Shown one piece after another: positions 7,339-15,220 of a stretch of 37,326 nt of DNA (its first letter is position 1; every line of letters starts with the position of its first letter). The translations under genes and the position numbers were made by a program. The notes beneath the pieces were generated by a model, which was given only the letters and a program-made list of their open reading frames with translations, was not told the DNA's origin and searched no databases. This DNA comes from an uncultured Acidimicrobiaceae bacterium (GTDB lineage Bacteria; Actinomycetota; Acidimicrobiia; Acidimicrobiales; SZUA-35): assembly GCA_964423455.1 (NCBI GenBank), contig CAYRFS010000003.1, positions 1-37,326 of the forward strand, given 5' to 3'.

Positions 7339-7977
7339 ACCACCTCCCCATTCTCTGTTGCGTCTTGGATACGACGGTACTGGCCGACTGTCTCGCTCGA
7401 CGAACCCGATACGCCAGCGAAGCTACTGCCGGAGGCTCCTTGCCTCTCGGTAGTCGCCGCAAAGGGGGACGACGTGAGGCAGGACGGATGAGTTGTCGCA
7501 CAGCCTGCGAGCTGTCCTGGGCCTCCAGGGGGTCAAGCGGCAAGCGTGGCGGTCGCCTTGGTGATGTGCCCCGGGGTCGTGATGTAGCAGTAGCATGTGG
7601 GCTGCGGGAGGGGGCACGTCACCCTTGTTCGCCGCCCGCCCAGTGGGATCGCCGAATTGGCTGAGGTCCCGCGGAGCCCGGCTAAGGACGACTTGACCCC
7701 CGTCCGATCTCGGCTGGTGTTCCTCGCCCGACCCTCTCGCGCTCCGTGGTGGTGGCCCTCGGCCTTGCTGCGCGAGCAGATCTGCCTCCGGGGCACGACG
7801 GAGTCGCAAGAAGCCTCGGCGATTGCCCAGACTGCCCACGACACACTGAGGCGCTTGTGCCGAGCCTAGTGGGGGGTGGCAGGTCGTGAGCTGGTGGCGC
7901 AACGGTGACTTGCCATGCTACCTTGACGAGTCGCTGGCCTTAGATTGTCTCGTTCGGAGACTAAGGGGGTAACGAAA

Positions 7978-9204
7978 ATGGTAAGCGGAAAGGATTTCAG
8001 CCCGATCGACGCCACGGTGATGGCCGACCCCTACCCGTACTACCAAGCGCTCCGCCGGGGTCCGTCCGTGACCTACCTCCCGGATGACGACCTGTGGGTT
8101 GTGCCAGGTTTCGATGAGGTATGGCAGATCGTCCGCAATCCGGAGTCGTTTTCGTCGAAGGCGTTGCGTGCGCTGGGCATCGGTGCAATCAGTGCACGGA
8201 CCGGTGCCCGTCCCGACATCCGCGAGTTGGACGCCCGCGCCCCGCGGAGCCTGATCGCCTCGGACCCTCCGGATCACACCCATCTGCGGCGGCTCGTGTC
8301 GAGGCCCTTTACGCCTCGGGCGATCAGCACGCTGACTGGGGAGATCCGCTCGATCACTGAGCAGGTCGTCGAGGATCTCATCGCTGCGGGGGAACGCGGA
8401 GAGGGCGACTTGGTGCACCAAGTCGCCTTCCCTCTGCCGGTACTCGTCATCGCCGCCGCTCTCGGTATCCCGGGCGAGAAGCGGGACGACTTCAAGCGTT
8501 GGTCCAACGCGCTGGTAGGTCGACTCGACGGGCAGCCGCTGACCCCGGCGGCGGCCGCTGACCTCGGCGAGATGGTCAGCTACTTCGAGCAAGTTGTCGC
8601 CGAGCGCACCGCAAACCCCGGGGATGATCTGATCAGCTGGATCATTGAGGGGTCGGCTGCGAGCGATGAGGCGCTGGCCCCCCGTGACGTCGTGTCGTTC
8701 TGCACGCTGCTGCTGATTGCAGGCAATGAGACGACCACGAACTTGCTCGGGAATGCCTACAACGCGTTCTTCCAGCATCCCGACCAGTTTGAGGCCGTCA
8801 AAGCTGGCGTGGATCTCGGACCCGTGGTCGAAGAGGTGCTGCGTTACGACTCCTCGATCCAGGGAATCCTTCGCCTGGCTAATGAAGACGTGACTATCGG
8901 TGATGTGACCGTGCCGCGCGACGCGGTCGTGATGGTGCTGTTCGGTTCGGCCAACCGGGACGAGCGACGCTGGCCTGACGGCCACCGCTTCGACATCAGC
9001 CGAGAACCGCTCGACCACCTCGGGTTCGGCTCGGGTATCCACTTGTGCTTGGGCGCTCACCTGGCTCGGCTAGAGGTGACCACCGCCCTCGATGTCCTCA
9101 GGACTCGCCTCGCGCACATCGAGCCTCGTGGCGAAGCCACCAGGTTTGCGTCGTCGATCCTGCGGGGTTTCACATCGATGCCCGTTCATGTGAAACCGGC
9201 ATGA
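7978..9204 (+). CDS. Cytochrome P450 (paralog 1)
   Basis: I-helix AGNETT, ExxR (EEVLRYD), heme-Cys loop FGSGIHLCLG. ATG at 7978 preceded by AAGGGGG SD. The N-terminus aligns with paralog 2. Confidence 0.92.
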   Translation: MVSGKDFSPIDATVMADPYPYYQALRRGPSVTYLPDDDLWVVPGFDEVWQIVRNPESFSSKALRALGIGAISARTGARPDIRELDARAPRSLIASDPPDHTHLRRLVSRPFTPRAISTLTGEIRSITEQVVEDLIAAGERGEGDLVHQVAFPLPVLVIAAALGIPGEKRDDFKRWSNALVGRLDGQPLTPAAAADLGEMVSYFEQVVAERTANPGDDLISWIIEGSAASDEALAPRDVVSFCTLLLIAGNETTTNLLGNAYNAFFQHPDQFEAVKAGVDLGPVVEEVLRYDSSIQGILRLANEDVTIGDVTVPRDAVVMVLFGSANRDERRWPDGHRFDISREPLDHLGFGSGIHLCLGAHLARLEVTTALDVLRTRLAHIEPRGEATRFASSILRGFTSMPVHVKPA

Positions 9205-9274
9205 GGTCGGTCGTGTATCCCCGTGTCTGGCGCGGTCACCCGAGCGCGCTCGTCTGTTCCCGAGAGGACTCCGT

Positions 9275-10279
9275 GTGGATCAGGTAGTGACGATCGAGGA
9301 GCTGGCCGCCGCTAGTAGTGCCATTCTCGACGAGATCGAGAAGGCGGTGGTGGGCAAGCGGGCGGTGCTCGAGTTGGTGCTGGCCGGGCTGCTGGCCGAC
9401 GGGCACGTGCTGGTGGAGGACGTCCCCGGTGTGGCTAAGACCCTGATCGCCCGATCGCTGGCCGAGGTGACGGGCCTGCGGTTCTCCCGGATCCAGTTCA
9501 CCCCCGACCTGATCCCCTCCGATCTCACCGGAGCCGTGCTTCCTGGGCCTGACGGCCAACCCGCCTTCGCCCCCGGGCCCCTGTTCGCCAACGCCGTTCT
9601 GGGTGACGAGATCAACCGCAGCCCGTCCAAGACCCAGGCCGCGGCGCTGGAGGCGATGGAGGAGCGGCAAGTGACGGTGGACGGGCGGTCACACCCCCTG
9701 CCCCGTCCCTTTCTCCTGATCGCCACGCAGAACCCGGTGGAGACCGAGGGCACGTATCCGCTGCCCGAGGCCCAGCTCGACCGGTTCCTGGTGCGGATAC
9801 ACGTGGGTTACCCGGCCCCGGCCGACGAGCGGGAGCTGCTCCGTCGCCGTCTCGATCGGGGCACCGACCGGGCCCAGCTCCGGCCGGTCACCGATGCTGA
9901 GGGGGTGCGCCGGCTCCAGGCCGCGGTGGAGCGGATCGAGGCCGCCGACGACGTTGTCGACTACGCGGTGCGCCTAGTGGAGGCTACCCGGGCCCACGAC
10001 GCGCTGGAGATCGGGGCCAGCCCCCGGGGTGGCCTGGCCCTGGTGAAGCTGGCCCGGGCCCGGGCCGGGCTCAGCGGCCGGGGGTTCACCACCCCCGACG
10101 ACGTGAAGCGGATCGCGGTGCCGGTGCTGGCCCACCGGGTGGTGCTGCGGACCGAGGCCTGGGTGCGCGGCGTGCGGGAGGAGGCGGTGATCCAGGAGTG
10201 CCTGGATCGGGTGCCGACTCCGTCGAGCCTCACCGTGGAGGACCGTTCGGCTCTCGATCCGGCCTCCGCCGGGCCGTGA
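9275..10279 (+). CDS. MoxR-family AAA+ ATPase
   Basis: VLVEDVPGVAKT (Walker A-like), VLGDEINRSPSKTQAALLEAMEE-type Walker B/sensor region (seen as AVLGDEINRSPSKTQAAALEAMEERQVTVDG). GTG start with GAGAGGA SD. Confidence 0.9.
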   Translation: MDQVVTIEELAAASSAILDEIEKAVVGKRAVLELVLAGLLADGHVLVEDVPGVAKTLIARSLAEVTGLRFSRIQFTPDLIPSDLTGAVLPGPDGQPAFAPGPLFANAVLGDEINRSPSKTQAAALEAMEERQVTVDGRSHPLPRPFLLIATQNPVETEGTYPLPEAQLDRFLVRIHVGYPAPADERELLRRRLDRGTDRAQLRPVTDAEGVRRLQAAVERIEAADDVVDYAVRLVEATRAHDALEIGASPRGGLALVKLARARAGLSGRGFTTPDDVKRIAVPVLAHRVVLRTEAWVRGVREEAVIQECLDRVPTPSSLTVEDRSALDPASAGP

Positions 10280-11625
10280 CCGGTCCGTCGACCGTAGCCC
10301 GGGCCGTGGCCGGGGCCCGTCCCCGGCGGCTGTCCAGCGAGCAGGCCAGCCCCCGCCTGCTGGTGCTGGTGGCCGTGAGCGCCACCGGGCTGTGGCTGGC
10401 GGTGCTGAGCGGCCGGCCCGAGCTGGTGGTTCTGGTGGCTCCCCTGGTAGTGCTGGTAGTGGCGGGTGCCGCCGTGCACCGCTGGCCCGACGTGGCGGTG
10501 GACGTGGGCGGGCCGGCCCGCTGCGTGGAAGGGGACGAGATCGACCTGACCGTCACCGTGGTCACGGCAACTGGCATCCCCTGGCTCCACCTCAGCCTGG
10601 AGCTGCCGACCGAGCTGGAAGCGGCGCCCGGCGCCGCCGAGGCTCTACTGCAGGTCGGCCCCCGGCGCCGCACGGTGGTGACGATCCCGGTGCGGGCCAC
10701 CCGGTGGGGGGTGGCCAGTCCCGGACTGCTCACAATCATCGCCCGCGACCGGTTCGGGCTGTTTGTGTCGTCGCAGGTGGTGCGGCCCGATCTGCGGATC
10801 CGGGTCCATCCGCCTGACGGGAGCCGGCGGGCCGTGGTGGCCCCGGCCCACCTCCACCGGCGGGTCGGTACCCACGGCTCCCGGGCCCACGGCGACGGGT
10901 CGGACTTCGCCGAGCTGCGGCCCTGGCGTCCCGGCGACACGGCCCGAGCGGTCAACTGGCGGGCATCGGCCCGGCGGGGGGAGCGGTGGGTTACGGTCCG
11001 CCATCCCGACCGCTCGGGAGACCTGGTGCTCCTGGTCGATTCCTTTCGCGATCTCGGCCCGCTGGGCGACCGGCTGGTGCAGCGGGCGGTGCGGGCCGCC
11101 TTGGCCCTTGCCGAGAGCAACCTGGCCGTCCACGACCGGGTCGGCGTACTCCAGGTGGGCCGCCACATCCGCTGGCACCGGCCCGGCCTAGGCCGGCTGC
11201 ATTCATCCCGGCTGGTCGACGCCCTGCTGGAGACCCAGGTCGAGCCGGGCCTGCGGGCCCCCCGGGTGGAGCAGCTGCCGCTCCACGAGCTGCGGGAAGG
11301 GATCCTGATCGTGGCCCTCACCGGCCTGCTCGACCCGGGAGCGGCCCTGCTGCCGCTGGAGCTGCGGGCCCGGGGCCACGAGGTTGCCGTGATCGAGGTT
11401 GCGGCCGAGGGTCACCTGCCGGAGCGGCCCAACCGGACCCAGGTGCTGGGCCGGCGGCTGTGGCGCCTGCGCCGGGCGGCGCTGGCCGAGCAGCTGCGCC
11501 GGGGCGGGGTGACCGTGGTGCGGTGGGAGCCTGACCAGGCCATCGAGCAGGTCGTCGCCGCCCTAGCCCGCCGGGCCACCGGGGGCCGACGGGCGGGCGT
11601 GGGCGCAGCGGGGACACCCCGATGA
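10276..11625 (+). CDS. DUF58 domain protein (MoxR partner) with N-terminal TM segments
   Basis: FAELRPWRPGDTARAVNWRASARRGERWVTVRHPDRSGDLVLLVDSF is the DUF58 signature. The GTG at 10276 overlaps the MoxR stop (GTGA). Confidence 0.85.
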   Translation: MTGPSTVARAVAGARPRRLSSEQASPRLLVLVAVSATGLWLAVLSGRPELVVLVAPLVVLVVAGAAVHRWPDVAVDVGGPARCVEGDEIDLTVTVVTATGIPWLHLSLELPTELEAAPGAAEALLQVGPRRRTVVTIPVRATRWGVASPGLLTIIARDRFGLFVSSQVVRPDLRIRVHPPDGSRRAVVAPAHLHRRVGTHGSRAHGDGSDFAELRPWRPGDTARAVNWRASARRGERWVTVRHPDRSGDLVLLVDSFRDLGPLGDRLVQRAVRAALALAESNLAVHDRVGVLQVGRHIRWHRPGLGRLHSSRLVDALLETQVEPGLRAPRVEQLPLHELREGILIVALTGLLDPGAALLPLELRARGHEVAVIEVAAEGHLPERPNRTQVLGRRLWRLRRAALAEQLRRGGVTVVRWEPDQAIEQVVAALARRATGGRRAGVGAAGTPR

Positions 11626-11773
11626 GCCCCCAGCCCCTGTCGCCGGCGCAGCCGCCGCGCCCGGAACCCAGCGAAAGCCGGGTTTCTCGCGGCGCACTTC
11701 GATGCGGTGACGCGGTGGACGCGCCCACGGTTGGATCTCACGTCGGGACTACAGACGAGGTTGGGGGACAACG

Positions 11774-13081
11774 GTGAGGCGGTTGTCTTTGCTCGCGGTG
11801 GTAGCGGCTGCGTTGTCGGTGGGGGCCCTGGTGGTAGGCGGGATCGTGGCCGCCGCCGTGTCGGGCCGAGGGGTCGTGGCTGCGGTGGCCGTGGCCGCCG
11901 CCGGTTTCCTCGGACTGGGGTTGGCGATCGGGTGGCGGCCGGCGCTGGCTATGGGCCTCGGGCTTGGGCTGGTGACCGCGCTCGTGCTGCCCTCGACGCC
12001 CGTGCCCTGGCTAGCGGCCGCCGTGCTGGGGGTGGCGGTGGTGGTCGCCCACGAGGCGGGCCGACTGTCGATAGACCTGCGCCGGCCATCGCGCCTCGGC
12101 CCCGAGGTGTTGGGCCGCCTAATGGGCTCAGCGGCGGCCGTGGCGGCCGCGGCGCCAATGGCAGCCTTCGCTGGCGCCGTCATGCCCGTCCGGAGCCTGC
12201 CTGGGCTGGCTGTCCCACTGGCCCTGATGCTGGCGGCCGTGCCGGTGGCAGTGCCGGTCCTGGCCGGCGGGATGGCCGTCCGACCCTCCCTCGGCGGAGC
12301 AGGCGCCGGCAGCGGCCCCCCGCGGTCGTGGGTCGGGGCCGGATCGCGTATCCTTAGTCACGTCGGACCGAGCGGCCGCTTAGCTGCTGCCGGGGTAGTG
12401 GCGGCGCTCGTCGTGGGCGCAGCGCTCGTGGGCGCAGCCGCCCGGGACGAGCTGACGAGCGTCACTGCTCCCGGTGCCGGTGCCTCCTACACCGTCAGCA
12501 CCGATCCGCCGACCGCACCGCCCGCCGGCGGTGGCCCCGCCGCCCCGGCCGACCAGCCCGGCGAGCAGTCCGAGAGGGGATCGGTCGTCACCATCGTGCT
12601 GGTCACCGTGGCGGCGTGCGTCGTCGTGCTGCTCCTGGTCCGCCTGCGCCGCAACCGGATCCCCCTGGAACAGGACCAGGTCGACGTCGAACCCGACGAG
12701 CCCGGCCTGGCCATCGTAGGAGCCGCCGACCTGGACGATGAGGCAGTGGTCCTGGCCGATGAGGTGGCGGCTTCCATCGTGGCCGACCTCACCATCGACC
12801 TTCGGTCTGAGCCCGACCCGGGTCGGGCCGTCCGCTTCGCCTATGCCCGGGTGGAGCAGCGGCTGGCTGCCGTCGGCATTGAGCGCCGCCCCGCCGAGAG
12901 CGAGCACGAGTTGCTAGGCCGGGCCCTGGGGGTCCTCGGCGACGACGGCCGAGCGCTTGCCGACCTCACCGCCCTGTTCGAACGGGCTCGGTTCTCCGAT
13001 GAGCCGGTGCCGGAGGCACTGAGAACCGGCGCCATCGCCGCGCTCGATCTGCTCCGAGGTCGATTGGAGCCGGCCCGGTGA
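11774..13081 (+). CDS. Polytopic membrane protein with C-terminal DUF4129-like domain
   Basis: The N-terminal half is hydrophobic, followed by a Pro-rich linker and a TM segment. Then RFAYARVEQRLAAVGIERRPAESEHELLGRA...LTALFERARFSDEPV, which is typical of DUF4129 in MoxR/DUF58 operons. Confidence 0.75.
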   Translation: MRRLSLLAVVAAALSVGALVVGGIVAAAVSGRGVVAAVAVAAAGFLGLGLAIGWRPALAMGLGLGLVTALVLPSTPVPWLAAAVLGVAVVVAHEAGRLSIDLRRPSRLGPEVLGRLMGSAAAVAAAAPMAAFAGAVMPVRSLPGLAVPLALMLAAVPVAVPVLAGGMAVRPSLGGAGAGSGPPRSWVGAGSRILSHVGPSGRLAAAGVVAALVVGAALVGAAARDELTSVTAPGAGASYTVSTDPPTAPPAGGGPAAPADQPGEQSERGSVVTIVLVTVAACVVVLLLVRLRRNRIPLEQDQVDVEPDEPGLAIVGAADLDDEAVVLADEVAASIVADLTIDLRSEPDPGRAVRFAYARVEQRLAAVGIERRPAESEHELLGRALGVLGDDGRALADLTALFERARFSDEPVPEALRTGAIAALDLLRGRLEPAR

Positions 13082-13470
13082 ACACCCTGCTGCTGCTGGC
13101 GGTGGTTGTTGGGCAACTGGCACTGGCCGCGGCCGGGTTGGCCCTCTCGACCCTCATCCGCCAGCTCCAGGTCGACGCCCGCCGCCCCGGCGCCCTCATC
13201 GACCGAGCCGACGGGCGGGTGGCGATGATACAGCCCCCGGAGCTTGAGGCCATGGAGCGGCTGGTCGCCGAGTCGATCACCAGCGAGGCCAGCGCCGAGT
13301 TCCAGCTGGTACCGGTCCTGGTGCAGCTCGCATGCGATGCACCCGGCGAGCTGGTGACGGTGGCCCCACCCGGGCGGGAGCGTCGCCGCTGGATCACCAA
13401 GAACCTCGCCGCCCTTGAGCAGGCATGGGGCCTCGCCACCGCAGCCGACCAGCGCCGCCGACCCCGCTGA
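13078..13470 (+). CDS. Small hypothetical membrane-anchored protein (130 aa), last gene of the MoxR operon
   Basis: GTG overlaps the preceding stop (GTGA at 13078-13081). N-terminal TM segment LLLLAVVVGQLALAAAGLALS. Confidence 0.55.
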   Translation: MNTLLLLAVVVGQLALAAAGLALSTLIRQLQVDARRPGALIDRADGRVAMIQPPELEAMERLVAESITSEASAEFQLVPVLVQLACDAPGELVTVAPPGRERRRWITKNLAALEQAWGLATAADQRRRPR

Positions 13471-13951
13471 CAGACCCGCGATCCGTGGGCCGAGCACTGA
13501 ATTTCGGGGCCACCTCTACCCAGCGCCACCCGCTCTCTCCCTCAAGCCCCGGGACCTGGCCGATCTCACCGATCGAGCGGTCACCCCGACCGCATCACTC
13601 AACGCGTCCCGCCGGCTGTATTGGTCGAGCGGGTGCGCGCCAACCTGCTGTCACCGTCGGAAGGCAACGTGGCTGGCACCGTCGCCGAGGAGGACCACCC
13701 CAACAGGGATGCTCAGAGGGCAGATGGAGAGTCTCATGGCCGCCCCCGGGGGACAACCAGACGGCCGCCCCGGGGAGAACCCGTGACCATCCACGGGGAC
13801 AATCTCCTGGCCGTCGTCACGCCTGGCCACCAGGCTCCTATCAAGTCACGCCGGGCGGTCCCAACGCGCCCGGCGGGGCCGCACATCGCGGAAACGGTCA
13901 CAGACAAGCTGGACAGCGACAATACTAGCGAACCCCGCCGGGCGCTGCTCA

Positions 13952-14068
13952 GGATGACACAGACGCGAAAAAAGCCGACGCCCGCCGCAGGATCTCATTG
14001 GCCCGGCGGAGCTCTCGCACCTCGGCCTCCAGATCCTTGATCCGGGCCGCGTCACCCGACGTCAGGCC
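13952..14068 (-). pseudogene. IS3-family OrfA C-terminal fragment
   Basis: The tail of track ORF 13949..14578 reads DAARIKDLEAEVRELRRANEILRRASAFFA, the leucine-zipper end of IS3-family OrfA. It is fused in frame to an unrelated IS256 fragment. Confidence 0.6.
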
Positions 14069-14578
14069 CATCGTCTCCCGGGAGAGGTCGGTGCCGTACA
14101 CCTCGGCCAGATGGGCCTGGACCTCACCCGTCGTCAGGCCCTTGGCCGTGAGGGAGATCACCATCGCATCGACCCCGTGCAAGCGGCGTTGATACTTGCG
14201 GACGGTCTTCGGTTCGAAGGTGCCGTCACGATCACGGGGCACGTCGATATCGACCGGGCCGACCTCGGTCAGCACCTTCTTCGAGCGGGTCCCGTTGCGG
14301 GAGTTGCCACCATCCCGGGTCCCGTTGCGGGAGTTGCCACCATCGCGGCCCTCCGGAGCGTGTTTCGCATTGCCGAGATGTTCTTCCATCTCGACCTCGA
14401 GACAGCCTCCAAGGATCTGTTTGGTGAGCTCGCTCAACAGTCCACCCGGGCCGACCAGGTCGACCCCCTCGGCCCGGGCCTGGGCCACCAGCCGCTCAGC
14501 GATCCCGGAGTCCACCTGCGACGGCAACCGCAGCTCGGGCTTCTTCTTCGACGCCACCGCGCCATTCTCATCCGTCAT
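14069..14578 (-). pseudogene. IS256-family (mutator-type) transposase, N-terminal fragment only
   Basis: LVGPGGLLSELTKQILGGCLEVEMEEHLG...SRNGTRSKKVLTEVGPVDIDVPRDRDGTFEPKTVRKYQRRL...VISLTAKGLTTGEVQAHLAEVYG matches the first 170 aa or so of IS256 transposases. The DDE domain is absent. Confidence 0.8.
14287..14346. repeat. 30-bp tandem duplication inside the IS256 transposase fragment
   Basis: GGGTCCCGTTGCGGGAGTTGCCACCATC(C/G)C occurs twice (29/30 identical). It encodes the duplicated RDGGNSRNGT. Confidence 0.9.
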
Positions 14579-15011
14579 CGTTGATCTGTCCCCCCCGCCG
14601 AACCCACGAGCAGCGGGATCAGCGTGTCAGGCCAGACCAGTTACACCGCGGATCTGACAGTCCCTGACTCCGCACTCGATGTTCGACCCTAATGCAGGAT
14701 ACTTCTCGGCATCTTGTAGCACCGTGCAGGGCGAGAATCTCGTCACGCGACGAGAAGTGGCGACAGGAGGGCGGGCGACACCAGACGCCTGCCTTATGTG
14801 TCGCCCGCCAGCTTGCTTGACGGTGGCAGCCGTCGAGCATTGCAGGCGATCGAGCGGCTCGCCCGTGCAGCTGCGAGCAACGACAGGTGCAGCCGGGGGG
14901 CGGGGTCAGCCTCCTGCTAAGGGGGGGGAAACAGGATGGCCGCTCGCCCTGCCCCTCGACCGCACTGCTGATGATGGGGGCCACCAGATGCAGATCGCAT
15001 GGCGGCCACCC

Positions 15012-15163
15012 TCAGCTTCTTGAGACAGATGGTAGATGTGTCTCAGGCGGTGTGCAAGCCGGCTCGGACGCGTTTGGGGAATTTGGGGAGCGAGGTCAGG
15101 GAACGGTGTATCCGAATCCGCCCCAGGGACCCTCGTGGGAAGATACAGCGTTCCCTGAGGATG
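15012..15163 (+). other. Recombinase-less sequence related to the IS110 left (non-coding) end
   Basis: Colinear shared blocks with 1513-1625: TCAGCTT, GTGTGCA, GAAC..GTATCCGAATC (11-nt exact), CCCCAGGG, CTGAG.GATG. Same order and strand. No recombinase ORF follows. Confidence 0.35.
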
Positions 15164-15220
15164 TTGCGGTGAGAGCCCACGTGCCGAGGTCACATCGCCA
15201 GCTCAAAGCTCCGCTCCGCA

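Noticed and set aside
7918-9060. 380-aa minus-strand ORF opposite P450-1 (and the analogous 35400..35999 ORF opposite P450-2)
   Set aside because: Mirror-frame shadow ORFs typical of high-GC DNA. No motifs, Arg-rich, and fully contained in genes with unambiguous P450 signatures.
10230-11728. Multiple long ORFs on both strands over the DUF58 gene (e.g. 10230..11321 minus, 10986..11534 plus, 11318..11728 minus)
   Set aside because: Extreme Arg/Pro/Gly/Ala composition, overlapping a gene with a clear DUF58 signature. GC-driven shadow ORFs.
14287-14346. Possible CRISPR-like repeats (30-bp tandem units here, 12-bp units at 1801-1833)
   Set aside because: Units are directly adjacent without spacers, there are only two copies, and they lie in frame inside transposase genes. 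These are simple tandem duplications, not CRISPR arrays.
14895-14928. G6, G4 and G8 runs as a G-quadruplex or phase-variable tract
   Set aside because: There are only three runs with long spacers, in a region with no gene context. There is no evidence beyond composition.
15131-15160. Hairpin CCTC-GGGAA...TTCCC-GAGG downstream of the CoA-transferase stop as a terminator
   Set aside because: The stem is short and interrupted, there is no U-tract, and it lies inside the IS110-end-like segment. There is insufficient support to call a terminator.
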